The notes: generated from the sequence alone by a model not told the origin. A stretch of 64,000 bases of DNA from an uncultured Bdellovibrionales bacterium (GCA_964510065.1 CAZEAC010000008.1:9007-73006), one strand, 5' to 3'. Positions 38,714 through 49,131 are shown, numbered from the stretch's first letter. Program-made: numbers and translations.

Positions 38714-39923
38714 TATGTTGGATTACATATATTCGCTTGAGCTCTCGCAACTGCATTACAAGCCAGGCAACTAACAATCCCTGCAACAATAACGAGAAGA
38801 ACTCGCGCTGCCGGAACGGTTGTAGCAATTCCGGAATCGGAATTAGTCCGGGCACACTTCCTACATTTGAGTAGGAAATTAACAGGTAAAAAATAGTGAG
38901 TATCGAGTAAAGCCACGCCATACCCTTGGTTCGCCAAAATACCACCGAAATCACAGGAATCACCAAATATTGATCCGCAAGCGTGGGCGATAATGCCACC
39001 AGAGCAACTGCATAGTAAAAAATTATATCTCGCACGGGCACAACATCTTCTTTCAGCCTTCCAAGGAGCAAGCAAAGACCGATTACCACGGATGCCCACA
39101 GCAGTTTCGCAAGCATCGCGCATGTGCCTCCACCAAGATCCGAAAATAGACCGGCGATAATTGTCCCTAGCAGTCCATCAGGATAGCCGGTGGCATTCAC
39201 GAAGCGAATCGGATCATACTGCACAACGTCATAAATAAATGCCGCTCGTAGCGTTGGGTCGGTCAACCAGGGAAGTAGTCCAATGACGACCAAAGAATAT
39301 GTCACTGTCACGTATAGAAGTCGCCTCTGCAAACTTCCGCACGAGCGCACGCTGAGAATACATAGCGGCCAGAATAAGAAAACGTGCTTTGTAAGTATCG
39401 ACATCGAAAGCAACACAATACTGATGCCATAAAACAAATTTCTTTTACGCGATTGTTTTCGGGTCAGCACAATCCAACTTGCCAGCGCTAGAAATATCGC
39501 CACGTTCTCTATCTGTGAATGGAATCCAGTAATGAGAAATGAAATTGGATGTACCAGGTAGAGCAGTCCGGCGCCGATCCCTAGCAAGCGCCAAAGCACT
39601 ACCGCAATTCCCACATCAGCTAAGGAAAGAAAAGCCGCCCATACTATATGAAATGCCTCACGATTTCCTGGAATCCACTCAAGTCCAAGTTGGTAACACC
39701 AGACCAGCGGCGTCCATAGAAGCGGTCCATATGGCCAGCGTGTAGTCACTGGATACGGATCTTTTCCATCAAGTAGCGTACGAGCAACGAGCGCAAATGA
39801 GTCGATGTCGTAGTTGTGTCCTAACGATGCAAGCCAAATCCGCAGCACTAGTGCCGCGATCGCTACAATGACAAAGACTGCAAGCGAACGAAATGATAAG
39901 GCGCACATTTTATTATCAGTCAT
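38697..39923 (-). CDS. DUF2029/GT87-like membrane glycosyltransferase (GT-C)
   Basis: 408 aa and polytopic. The first loop reads DIDSFALVARTLLDGKDPYPV (D ... PY). It overlaps both neighbours, suggesting operonic coupling. Confidence 0.5.
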   Translation of the reverse strand: MTDNKMCALSFRSLAVFVIVAIAALVLRIWLASLGHNYDIDSFALVARTLLDGKDPYPVTTRWPYGPLLWTPLVWCYQLGLEWIPGNREAFHIVWAAFLSLADVGIAVVLWRLLGIGAGLLYLVHPISFLITGFHSQIENVAIFLALASWIVLTRKQSRKRNLFYGISIVLLSMSILTKHVFLFWPLCILSVRSCGSLQRRLLYVTVTYSLVVIGLLPWLTDPTLRAAFIYDVVQYDPIRFVNATGYPDGLLGTIIAGLFSDLGGGTCAMLAKLLWASVVIGLCLLLGRLKEDVVPVRDIIFYYAVALVALSPTLADQYLVIPVISVVFWRTKGMAWLYSILTIFYLLISYSNVGSVPGLIPIPELLQPFRQREFFSLLLQGLLVAWLVMQLRELKRIYVIQHSDSAA

Positions 39924-41565
39924 GGTAACTCGAAGATATTCCGAGGAGAGTTTTTATGCCTTTTGAAAGCTCCACAATTCCTATCATTGTTGTGACGCAA
40001 ATAAACGGCATGACTAAAATCATCTCTTTATGCCAACGGAAACTAAGAATTGCTTCAGAGAAAACAATAAATCCAAGTATAACTATAGACCCTATGCACG
40101 TCACCCGGGAACTATACATGGGCGATTGTCTTACGCTGCGAACTAGTGACGTCGCAAAGCTCACCAAGAAAAGAAATGAAATGACCATCGTGGGAAGTAC
40201 CTGAGTACCGCTTATGAGCGCCTGGAATATCACAAATCCCGGACGCCAAACCCAGTATTGGTTGGTTGGATTGAAGAACGCACGGGTAGGAGGGCCTTGA
40301 TATGAATAAAAACCGAATCCTTTGGGAACAAACCCCGCGCTAGAATCTACTTGACTTGGAACCATCATTTCTACTGCAAGGCCTCGTGCGGTGACCACAA
40401 CGCCATTAATGATTGATTTTAGGTATCGCCATCGATAATGCCACGCGGCTTCAAGGAACACGCGCACACCCAAGGTATCACCTTCAGCCAGTCCAAGATA
40501 ATAGGTGGTTGGACTAAAGGCTTCAAACCAGGACCATTGAACAGGCGGCAAATTCTCGATCAACTTGTCCAGAACGTCGCTCTCTGCTTTCAAGATATAC
40601 AGATACTTCGCGCGATATCGTTGGATATCGGGCGAGATCCAATTGATATTATTGATACCACCAACATTCTTGTTGTCCCAAGGTAACAACGAATTAAGGA
40701 CCATGAGCCGTTTACCGTTGACTCCGATCTCGGCGAGGTGCCGGTAGTCCTCGTCAGGAAGAATAGATCTCGTTCGGTAAAGCAGTACCCACGCGTGATC
40801 ATAACTAAGCACAGTTGTTCCCGTGGTTATTCGATGCGGCACTACCTTAAACAGCCACACTACTGCAAAGAAGCTCATGACAAAGCACGTTGCATTGGCG
40901 CATCGCATTGTCCGGGAGCGCGGCATGACAATAATTATTCCAATTGGAACAAGTACGAAATAGAGCACATTGAATTTACAAAGATAGGAAAGCGCGAATA
41001 GTGCTCCTGACAATGAGAAGCAGACGAGTGCTTTTTTATCTGATTTCAAATTCACGCCGTACCAACATAGGCACACGCACAGAATAAGAAATGTTACTTG
41101 CATCCATTCAGGATAAAATAAGGACGTCAAGCCTAGAATTCCCCAATGAAATCCAAAAAGGAGAATGGCACCATCAGCGACGATACGGCCATATATCGCC
41201 CTTAGTACGTGGCAAAACGGGATCAGCGCAAGCACGACGAGCGTATGCTGAATTGCAATGAGAAAATATAGACGTGCATGTGGAAAGTGCTTACCTACCG
41301 AATCGAGTCCTAAAAGCCCAAACAGTCCCATGACAAAGGGGTATCCTCCAGCATGAACTAGGTTGGAATGGTGATTAATTATCATGTCAAGATAATTGCC
41401 TGCATCAAAAGCAGTATTGGGTCCGAAAGTGATTACAAATAGCGCATGAATAGCGGCAACATACCAAATTACCGCTGGAACCATACGAATCACCGCGCCG
41501 ATAGAACGAGGCGCAGTACAATCAACTAACTCAGTCGGGTGTGGCGCTATCACTCTTTTTACCAA
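39916..41565 (-). CDS. large polytopic membrane protein with central periplasmic domain (GT-C-like, uncharacterised)
   Basis: 549 aa with TM bundles at both ends and a hydrophilic segment of about 200 aa in the middle. No family motif recognised. The start is uncertain; an alternative Met lies at 41484. Confidence 0.5.
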   Translation of the reverse strand: MVKRVIAPHPTELVDCTAPRSIGAVIRMVPAVIWYVAAIHALFVITFGPNTAFDAGNYLDMIINHHSNLVHAGGYPFVMGLFGLLGLDSVGKHFPHARLYFLIAIQHTLVVLALIPFCHVLRAIYGRIVADGAILLFGFHWGILGLTSLFYPEWMQVTFLILCVCLCWYGVNLKSDKKALVCFSLSGALFALSYLCKFNVLYFVLVPIGIIIVMPRSRTMRCANATCFVMSFFAVVWLFKVVPHRITTGTTVLSYDHAWVLLYRTRSILPDEDYRHLAEIGVNGKRLMVLNSLLPWDNKNVGGINNINWISPDIQRYRAKYLYILKAESDVLDKLIENLPPVQWSWFEAFSPTTYYLGLAEGDTLGVRVFLEAAWHYRWRYLKSIINGVVVTARGLAVEMMVPSQVDSSAGFVPKGFGFYSYQGPPTRAFFNPTNQYWVWRPGFVIFQALISGTQVLPTMVISFLFLVSFATSLVRSVRQSPMYSSRVTCIGSIVILGFIVFSEAILSFRWHKEMILVMPFICVTTMIGIVELSKGIKTLLGISSSYHD

Positions 41566-42196
41566 TTACTAAAAACTGCCGTCCGAAGAAGGGCCATACA
41601 AACGGCATCGCTAGATACAGTCGAGTGAGCAACGATGACGCCGGCAATCGCCCGCGAAAAGAGAATGGCAAAAACTTTCTGATTGTTCGTTCAATGCTAT
41701 ATCCGGCGGCGTAGAGATGTTCGCCAATCGAGACATCTGTCAAAACAAGCCGGTGATCCGCACAATCGAAGTACTCTCGGGAACAGTACTTAAAATTGGG
41801 TCCCATGATCGCGATACGTCCTTGCGGCTTGAGGCAACGATACATTTTTTGCAAAAGCGCGCTAATCTCTTCGGGCGAATGCAAATGTTCGAGAAAATTC
41901 GAAATATAAATTAAATCAAAACGTGCATCAGGCAAATCAAGCTCTAGTGTGTTGCCTTTTAGAAAATGAACTTTTGAATCCATGTGCGCCGGCTCCCGCA
42001 AATCGACTCCCCATTTATCAGGACTGGGCATGGCTTTGATAAATTCCATGTCGCCACATGCGGGATCAAGCACCGAGTGTGGAGCACCCATGCTGCGATA
42101 AAACCACCGCGCAATCTCTCCCCACACGACTTCCTTTGAGGCGCGGCTTACACCGGCAAATCGATATTCATAAATACGGTCGTAGTTCACCGACAT
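41531..42196 (-). CDS. class I SAM-dependent methyltransferase
   Basis: VLDPACGDMEF is motif I. LKPQGRIAIMGPN is also present. It overlaps the upstream GT2 stop. Confidence 0.6.
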   Translation of the reverse strand: MSVNYDRIYEYRFAGVSRASKEVVWGEIARWFYRSMGAPHSVLDPACGDMEFIKAMPSPDKWGVDLREPAHMDSKVHFLKGNTLELDLPDARFDLIYISNFLEHLHSPEEISALLQKMYRCLKPQGRIAIMGPNFKYCSREYFDCADHRLVLTDVSIGEHLYAAGYSIERTIRKFLPFSFRGRLPASSLLTRLYLAMPFVWPFFGRQFLVIGKKSDSATPD

Positions 42197-42894
42197 TTCC
42201 TATAGAGTGCGTACCAATACCAATAAAGATAACGCGGGAGCCATTTCATCAAACGAAAGCGCGATTGGCCCGCCGTGCGATCGCGCCAACAGGTCGCGAC
42301 TTCCGAAATCTTATAACCTTGGAAATGTCCTTTAATCACCAATTCCATTCCGAGTTCAAAACCGCCTTTGCTCTCAATTACAATCGCATCAAGCACCCGT
42401 CGCCGATACAGCTTAAAATTATTGGTAATATCATGCGTGGGTATCCGTATTAGATGGTACAAACTCACACCCGCGAGACGCGAAAGTGTGCGCTTTATCA
42501 GCGGTCCTCCGATTTGTCGCCCTCCGCTCATGTAGCGTGAAGCACATACAATATCAGATCCCTCACGCGCCTTTTGCATCATCGCATTAATTACCGAGGG
42601 AGGATCGGAAAGATCGGCCATCGTTACCACCACATATTCCGCAGTGGTCTCCTCAAAGCCAGTTTTCATCGCATTCAGCACACCACGGCCGTATTTATTG
42701 CGAAGATAACGAATTGGAAGTCCGAGACGCGTCTGCGCTTTTCTCGCGGGTACAAGAGTTGAATCTTCCTCAAAATCATAGACTAGACAAATCTCATAAT
42801 CCTGCCCTACTTGCTTCGAAATCTCCTCGAGAGCCTCAGTAATATTTTCACCCTCGTTGTAGACAGGAAGCACAAGCGACAGCTGCGCGGACAC
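42187..42894 (-). CDS. GT2 polyprenyl-phosphate sugar synthase (DPM1/GtrB-like, soluble form)
   Basis: LSLVLPVYNEGENI...DYEICLVYDFEEDST...VVVTMADLSDPP matches the DPM1-like GT2 blocks. It is 235 aa with no TM tail. Confidence 0.7.
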   Translation of the reverse strand: MSAQLSLVLPVYNEGENITEALEEISKQVGQDYEICLVYDFEEDSTLVPARKAQTRLGLPIRYLRNKYGRGVLNAMKTGFEETTAEYVVVTMADLSDPPSVINAMMQKAREGSDIVCASRYMSGGRQIGGPLIKRTLSRLAGVSLYHLIRIPTHDITNNFKLYRRRVLDAIVIESKGGFELGMELVIKGHFQGYKISEVATCWRDRTAGQSRFRLMKWLPRYLYWYWYALYRKCR

Positions 42895-42897
42895 GTG

Positions 42898-43917
42898 TTA
42901 AATTCCTCCAATTTTCACCTGGTGCTCAATCCAGGGCACCACTTCATCGAGGATCGTATTTAGATCAGTATTTGCCTCATACCCTAGAAGCGATCGCGCC
43001 TTCTCCACATCAGGCACACGTTTCTGGACATCATATTGAAACGGCTCGTCAAAAACGTAATGAAACGGCTTCGATGGATTGAGCCGCTTCCAGATACGCT
43101 CCGCGAGCTCAAGCACGGTCGTTGACGTGGCCGTCGAAATGTTAAAATCATTGTTGATTGCCCGCTCATGTTCTATGCAAAGACGGATGCCACGGGCCAG
43201 ATCACCCGCATAGGTATAGTGACGAATCTGGCCTCCGTTCCCCAAGATGCGCAAAGGATCCTGCCCTTTGAGAACCTTCTGAACAAGATCAGGAACTACA
43301 TGACTCATCGCCAACTTGACGTTTCCCGAAAGAATTTCACGGTCGGAAAGCGCCCGTTTTTCGCCGGTGCCTACACAATTGAACGGTCGAATAATTGTAA
43401 AAGGCAACTTATATTGCTCGTAGGCGCCCTTTGCAAAATATTCGCACGCAAGCTTCTGAAATCCATAGGTACTCCGCGGCGGCGGACTGGTGAACTGCGC
43501 CCCCTCTTTCGAGGGAAATTCGCGCACTGACTCGTACACCATACTCGAGCTCAATATATTAATCTTCTTCAGAGCACGATTTTTAAAAGCCCACAATGCC
43601 GCGTCAAAAGTTGAGGCGGTAATCCTTTCATTCTCCGCAAGTAAGTCGTACGCGAACTCATGAAAGTAGGAGATCCCTCCAATCATCGCGGCAGCTGCCA
43701 CTACTTGATCACAATCGCCGATCAGCTCGCGCATTAATTTTTGATCTTTCGCATCGCCCTCGACGAAATGGTAATTGGCGTGCTGATCGTACGATTTCTG
43801 TACTTTGCCGTACTTAGAAAAATTATCTATTCCAACAACGGTATGACCGTACCTAAGAAGTTCGTCAACAAGATAGCCGCAAATGAATCCCGCCGAGCCG
43901 GTCACGAGAATCTTCAT
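42898..43917 (-). CDS. NAD-dependent epimerase/dehydratase, UDP-glucuronate 4-epimerase-like
   Basis: MKILVTGSAGFICGYL...VVGIDNFS matches the family N-terminus. The start ATG overlaps the stop of the upstream dehydrogenase (ATGA). Confidence 0.7.
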   Translation of the reverse strand: MKILVTGSAGFICGYLVDELLRYGHTVVGIDNFSKYGKVQKSYDQHANYHFVEGDAKDQKLMRELIGDCDQVVAAAAMIGGISYFHEFAYDLLAENERITASTFDAALWAFKNRALKKINILSSSMVYESVREFPSKEGAQFTSPPPRSTYGFQKLACEYFAKGAYEQYKLPFTIIRPFNCVGTGEKRALSDREILSGNVKLAMSHVVPDLVQKVLKGQDPLRILGNGGQIRHYTYAGDLARGIRLCIEHERAINNDFNISTATSTTVLELAERIWKRLNPSKPFHYVFDEPFQYDVQKRVPDVEKARSLLGYEANTDLNTILDEVVPWIEHQVKIGGI

Positions 43918-45104
43918 GCGACGTTCCGATCCCAAATTCCCCAACAATCGACGTAAGGTTTATCAACCTTAATCGTACGATATTCACGATGAGGCTGCGC
44001 CAAAATTACCCCGTCGGATCGAGCAATTGCCTCTTGTGCCGACGGAAGCTCCGCGAAGTAGCAATCGCAGGTAATAACATGCGCCAGTTTCATTTCTAAT
44101 ATCTTCTTTATCTTGAATGATAAACTATCACGACAGTCATCATTATCAGCTTTAAAAGTCATACCAAGAATTGCAACTGTCTTACCCTCTAAAGAGTTAA
44201 GCTGCTTCTCCAATTGCTCAACTAAGAATACCGGCAAGCCCTCGTTTATCAGCATTGCGGACTGTCCCAAAGAAAAATTACTTTTATAAAATGCCGCAAG
44301 TTGCATCGTGTCTTTGAGTAAGCAGGGTCCGGCGGTAAGACCCGGCTGAGTATAATGAGCAGCACGCGGATACTCGTCACGCAAAGCATTATAAATTTTG
44401 TAAAAATCGAGCCCCAATGACTCGACCATCATATAAAACTGATTTGCAATCGCGAATTCAAGATAACGCCAAGAGTTGGTGATAAGTTTGGCAACTTCTG
44501 CTTCCACAGGATTCAAGATGACAGTCTTTGGGGCGATGGTACGAAATAGGGCAACTGCTTGCTTCTCGGCTTCGGGTGACGTCGCTGACACAAGCTGTGG
44601 AAGTTTGAATATCTCATCAATCCCTTTTCCTTGCACAATTCGTTCCGGACAGAACGCGAGGAGACTTTGTGAAAATTTCTTATGAAGCAGTTTATCAAGA
44701 ATCTGGACAATACTTGGATAGACCGTACTTCGCATCACCAGCAGCATGTCTTCGTGCATCAGTGGAAGGTACTGCTCGACAACATCAACAACGTCATGAA
44801 TCCGTGGATTAAAATGTTCATCGATCGGCGTGCCAGTTACAAAACATAGCACATCACAGTGCGCGGCAAGTTTCTTATCGGTACTTGCAATCAGATTTTT
44901 TTCTCGCACCTCTCGCAAAATAACTTCAGCCCCTTCCTCGAGAAACGGCGGCTCTCCGCGATTAATTTTCTCCACGGCTTCCACATTGATGTCGATCAGT
45001 ACTACCGAGTGACCTACCGAAGCAAAGGCAAGGCCGAGTGGAAATCCAACATGGCCGCATCCCCCTATAATCGCAATTTTTCTAAAGCCGTTCTTGGTGC
45101 TCAT
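43914..45104 (-). CDS. UDP-sugar 6-dehydrogenase (Ugd/WecC family nucleotide-sugar dehydrogenase)
   Basis: KIAIIGGCGHVGFPLGLAFA is the N-terminal Rossmann motif. At 396 aa the length fits the family. Confidence 0.75.
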   Translation of the reverse strand: MSTKNGFRKIAIIGGCGHVGFPLGLAFASVGHSVVLIDINVEAVEKINRGEPPFLEEGAEVILREVREKNLIASTDKKLAAHCDVLCFVTGTPIDEHFNPRIHDVVDVVEQYLPLMHEDMLLVMRSTVYPSIVQILDKLLHKKFSQSLLAFCPERIVQGKGIDEIFKLPQLVSATSPEAEKQAVALFRTIAPKTVILNPVEAEVAKLITNSWRYLEFAIANQFYMMVESLGLDFYKIYNALRDEYPRAAHYTQPGLTAGPCLLKDTMQLAAFYKSNFSLGQSAMLINEGLPVFLVEQLEKQLNSLEGKTVAILGMTFKADNDDCRDSLSFKIKKILEMKLAHVITCDCYFAELPSAQEAIARSDGVILAQPHREYRTIKVDKPYVDCWGIWDRNVA

Positions 45105-45299
45105 TTTCTATCTGTCGCAGTGATGTAATCATCCCAGAAAAATACCAGCAGTTCAATGATTTAAGATTTAACGCATGGACGATTTTCAAGCTGTTGCCTG
45201 CCCACGCGCAATGCGACAAGCTAGAACTTCGGGTAACTATTCGTACGGAATGTATCACATGTTCTCATTTTTCAACTACATGACCGCGGCGAGAAAGTA

Positions 45300-46046
45300 G
45301 TGAGCACGCCGACGACGCCGTTAATTCAGCAGCTACTGCAGCAGTATCTGCCTCGCGAGATATCGACACAATGTAGCGCCAGCGAGCAGCTAAAAAAAAT
45401 TACCGCACATTGCCGAAACCCTTCGGCGATACTTGATCTGGGTTGCGGCCGCGGTGATTCGCAACATCTCTTTACTGCTCTAGTTCCCGCAACACACTGG
45501 ATTGGTCTCGATATCAGAGATTCACCGGAGGTCCGGACGCGCACCACGACGTCGGGACCACGTGCCATTTGTAGTTTTGATGGGATTCGTGTTCCATTCC
45601 AGGATAACAGCTTTGATCTAGTGTATAGCTCTCAAGTTTTCGAGCACGTACGTCACCCAGAGCCGCTATTACATGAAGTGCGTCGAGTACTCCGCCCAGG
45701 TGGTCTTTTTTTCGGCTCAACTTCGAGTCTTGAGCCGTTTCACTCGTATAGCTATTGGAACTACTCACCCTTCGGTTTCATTGAGATATTGAAGAGTAGC
45801 GGCCTCACTCCCCTCGAGATCCGTCCGGGAATTGACGCGCTTACCCTCATTTGCAGGCAAATTTTAAAGCGTCCGCGCTTCATGGAACGCTATTTTCGCA
45901 GTGAGTCGCCACTCCATCGCCTTATCAATTTGTACAGCCTGATTAAACGTTTGCAGCACGATCAAATAAATGCGTTAAAATTACAATTTGCGGGCACCTT
46001 CTTCTTTATTGCTCAGGTCGACAACAGTTCGTTAAAGACATCGTGA
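45300..46046 (+). CDS. class I SAM-dependent methyltransferase
   Basis: ILDLGCGRGDS is motif I. VLRPGGLFFGST is also present. The start is GTG. Confidence 0.6.
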   Translation: MSTPTTPLIQQLLQQYLPREISTQCSASEQLKKITAHCRNPSAILDLGCGRGDSQHLFTALVPATHWIGLDIRDSPEVRTRTTTSGPRAICSFDGIRVPFQDNSFDLVYSSQVFEHVRHPEPLLHEVRRVLRPGGLFFGSTSSLEPFHSYSYWNYSPFGFIEILKSSGLTPLEIRPGIDALTLICRQILKRPRFMERYFRSESPLHRLINLYSLIKRLQHDQINALKLQFAGTFFFIAQVDNSSLKTS

Positions 46047-47167
46047 TAACGCGTGGCGATTTTTGACCAGCCGAATTCCTCCAAAGTTCGCAATTTCACC
46101 TCCGGCGCAAGCGCCGTATCATCCCGTAAGGAACGAGTAATGGCGGAACGCAATGACTCGGGCGTGAGCTCACGCACCGACTGGACGGCGCTGTCCCACG
46201 GCGCGCGTTCGGCAATCATCTCGATAACGCCGGTGTGTGTTCCAACCACACGAGCTCCCGCTATAAGCGCTTCCAAAACAACCATCCCAAAGGCCTCGAT
46301 TCGCGAAGGAACAATTAAGGAGTGAATAGTTCGGTATATCTCCTGTACCTTTGGCGGAGCAAGCGCTCCGTGCCATACAATATTATTTAGGCCCTTTTGA
46401 AGGGCAAACGTTTTAAGCGGCTCAAGTTCGATTCCCGCGCCGACCACATGGAGTGTGCGCGCCCGCAAGTCGGCCGAACCGTTAATCGCCTCGAGAAGAA
46501 GTGCGTGTCCTTTCCGTGCAATTAAGTCGCCTACAATCAGTAGATCCTTACGCGCGGGAGTACTCGCCGCGGCCGTCTTAACATCCTCAATTCCCATCGG
46601 GATGGAGCAAAGCCGCGCAGAAGAAAGTTTCGACAACACCGCACGCGCGACAACGGGAGTCGTCGCGACAACTCGTGCCGCTCGTCGCAGCACCCAATTC
46701 CGGGCCCAGGACAAAGGACCTCGGGACGGGATAGAGTATCCTGGAATATCAATGTCAAGCACATCACGGCCATGACAGGTCACAACGTACGGCACGCCGG
46801 TTCCAATAGTCGCGAACATTGCGACTAGCCCGGAAGGAACAGCCCAATGCGCATGTACAATATCGATCTTATTTTTTTTCAGTATATTATTTGCCGCGGC
46901 TACCCCAGCAAAAAGAAAGCGAAGTTGCTCGCGTGTGCCCACCGTCCGCGCGTCCGCGCCGATGCCCTTATGCGCAATTCGATCTCCTGAAGCACGGAAG
47001 GTATGAACGGTTACCGAGGAAGGCGCGGTAATTTCCGCTTCAGGAATTAAGAGGTGAAGGTCAATATCTCGGTTGCCCGCAAGCGCTTCACAAAAAGAGC
47101 TGATGAAGGGAGTAACATACTCTCTTGAGCGTGAGGGAAAGCTGTGTGAGATGGATAAAACTCGCAT
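46013..47167 (-). CDS. GT4-family glycosyltransferase
   Basis: EAFGMVVLEALIAGARVVGTHTGVIEMI is a GT4 E-x7-E region. The protein is 384 aa. Confidence 0.7.
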   Translation of the reverse strand: MRVLSISHSFPSRSREYVTPFISSFCEALAGNRDIDLHLLIPEAEITAPSSVTVHTFRASGDRIAHKGIGADARTVGTREQLRFLFAGVAAANNILKKNKIDIVHAHWAVPSGLVAMFATIGTGVPYVVTCHGRDVLDIDIPGYSIPSRGPLSWARNWVLRRAARVVATTPVVARAVLSKLSSARLCSIPMGIEDVKTAAASTPARKDLLIVGDLIARKGHALLLEAINGSADLRARTLHVVGAGIELEPLKTFALQKGLNNIVWHGALAPPKVQEIYRTIHSLIVPSRIEAFGMVVLEALIAGARVVGTHTGVIEMIAERAPWDSAVQSVRELTPESLRSAITRSLRDDTALAPEVKLRTLEEFGWSKIATRYHDVFNELLST

Positions 47168-47179
47168 AAGTATCGGCTA

Positions 47180-49012
47180 TTACGGCGCTGAATCCCGCAT
47201 CAGGCACTCTGGGGCGAGAACCTGTAGCGATTTCTCACCAAGTTTTATCACTTCATAACGGCCCGACGCACTCCGCCAAATCACGCCATCGCCGTTCTGC
47301 AGCACGGCACTTTTCGGCAGACTATATCGGGGCTCCCACACCACAAGAGACTGCAGCAACATCAGCGCTTCAGCACAATCGAGCGGCCGCTGGCGAATTA
47401 ACGTGGAGTATTCGCAGTCTATGACCCTCTGCGCCGATAAATAGGAAAGCGCGCCAGTAAGAATATCACCACGATCAGTTTTGCAATTATCCACGCAGCA
47501 AGGCGCAATCATAGTTCGTGATCCTAAATAAAGCTGCCCAAGCAAAAGCTCTTTGCTCACGAAATTTTCCCGATCGGATTCGAAGCCCATAAATGTTGAA
47601 TATGAGGGCATCATTGAAAGAGCCTTAATATTATATGGCAATAAAAAATAATCCGGCGCGACGCGGTCACCCTGCCGAGCCAATTCAAACGGAATCGAAA
47701 TAACTGGGCGTCTTTCACGATTTTCCTCGGCTAGATATCGGTAAAGAGCGACTTCTTCGCTGTGCGCGGAATCCGGCGACATTACCGCAAAAGTCGCGCG
47801 GGCGACCACGACCGCGCTTCCTGCTAGCAGCACCATGAGTGCGCATATGCCAAAGCTTCGAACTTTCGACAGTCTCGTCACGAGCAAAAAACAGACCAGC
47901 GAAGAGAGTATCGGATGAAGATAAAACAGTGAAAAGTGGTAGGGCCCAATCCAGCGACGGGTGATTGGCTGGCTGTTCATCAGTAAAAATTCGGCGATAT
48001 AGATCGCGGCGATGGTGAGTATCGCCAGTTTCCATCGATCAATGCGCGAATCACGCTTCCAAAGCACGATCAATAAAACACCCACGATGGTCATGGTCAG
48101 TGGCGAAATGAACCAATAGTCCTCGAAATGAAGAAGATCCGCGGCGGAATGCGTCGCGAGCGCCGCACCCGGTTGGTAGAGCAGACCATCGCCGAACAGC
48201 AGTAGTAAACCCGGCACGGAGAATAGCAACGCGGCGCAATAGAAGGCCGTAAGCCAGCGCACGAGCGCGATACGTTCATCAATCACGAATGCGAGGTGCA
48301 GCATCGACAGTACGCCGACAAGCACCATAAGCGCTCCCCACGCAAAAAAATATGCGTACAAGGAAAGTCCCGCAACCGCTCCTAGGAAACTCGCCTGCAG
48401 CAGCGAATACTTTCGCCTTGAAAGCACGATGAGAAAAGGCACTAACACACCTAAAAAGAAAACAAATCCAACCTGGGTGTACAGCGCGCGAAGTACCGGA
48501 ACACTCGGAAAGAACTGATGACTCTGAGTTGCGAGCGATTTCAAGGAAGGAATGGAAACATGCAGAAGTTCGCCGAGAGATCCAATCCAAGGAAACTGAA
48601 TAGCAACAATTGCACCGACCTCCGACGGCAGCACTCCCGCCCCAAATGCACGACGGAACAGGGTACTCATCAATAAATATGCGCTCAAACAGCAGAACAA
48701 GTCGACGATGAGAGCCGCTTGGACCGGCGTGGCGCCGATTGCGCTAAAGAAATGCCCCATAATAATATCAAGGAGCCCGTGCGGAATTCGACTGCCCAAT
48801 TGCTGGAAGGCCTCAAGCATTCCCGCGCGCATCGTATAGATCGAGGAAAACGGTATACGTCCCGCGTCAAAGGCCTGAGCGACATAGAGTGCTTCGTCCC
48901 AATCGGAGAATGACCTGGGGGAATATCCGTCATACGTTATCAGCGCCGCGATTGCGGGCACGTTGATAAAAATAGCGAAAGATAGAGCACGCGTAAGAAG
49001 TCCGAAATTCAC
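47180..49012 (-). CDS. large polytopic membrane protein with C-terminal periplasmic domain (GT-C-like/polymerase-like)
   Basis: 610 aa with 12 or more TM segments followed by a hydrophilic tail of about 170 aa containing several Cys residues. Confidence 0.5.
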   Translation of the reverse strand: MNFGLLTRALSFAIFINVPAIAALITYDGYSPRSFSDWDEALYVAQAFDAGRIPFSSIYTMRAGMLEAFQQLGSRIPHGLLDIIMGHFFSAIGATPVQAALIVDLFCCLSAYLLMSTLFRRAFGAGVLPSEVGAIVAIQFPWIGSLGELLHVSIPSLKSLATQSHQFFPSVPVLRALYTQVGFVFFLGVLVPFLIVLSRRKYSLLQASFLGAVAGLSLYAYFFAWGALMVLVGVLSMLHLAFVIDERIALVRWLTAFYCAALLFSVPGLLLLFGDGLLYQPGAALATHSAADLLHFEDYWFISPLTMTIVGVLLIVLWKRDSRIDRWKLAILTIAAIYIAEFLLMNSQPITRRWIGPYHFSLFYLHPILSSLVCFLLVTRLSKVRSFGICALMVLLAGSAVVVARATFAVMSPDSAHSEEVALYRYLAEENRERRPVISIPFELARQGDRVAPDYFLLPYNIKALSMMPSYSTFMGFESDRENFVSKELLLGQLYLGSRTMIAPCCVDNCKTDRGDILTGALSYLSAQRVIDCEYSTLIRQRPLDCAEALMLLQSLVVWEPRYSLPKSAVLQNGDGVIWRSASGRYEVIKLGEKSLQVLAPECLMRDSAP

Positions 49013-49131
49013 GGCATTACCATACGATTCTCATCGAGACGAAGGCAACCTGTCACCCACCAGACTCATGCGACGAACAGCCAACTTTTATGAACTTGAT
49101 GAGTATTTAAACAACACGCTACTGTGATTGT

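Noticed and set aside
38713-39123. 136-aa minus-strand ORF in an alternate frame
   Set aside because: It overlaps the DUF2029 gene 38697-39923 out of frame. It is a shadow ORF.
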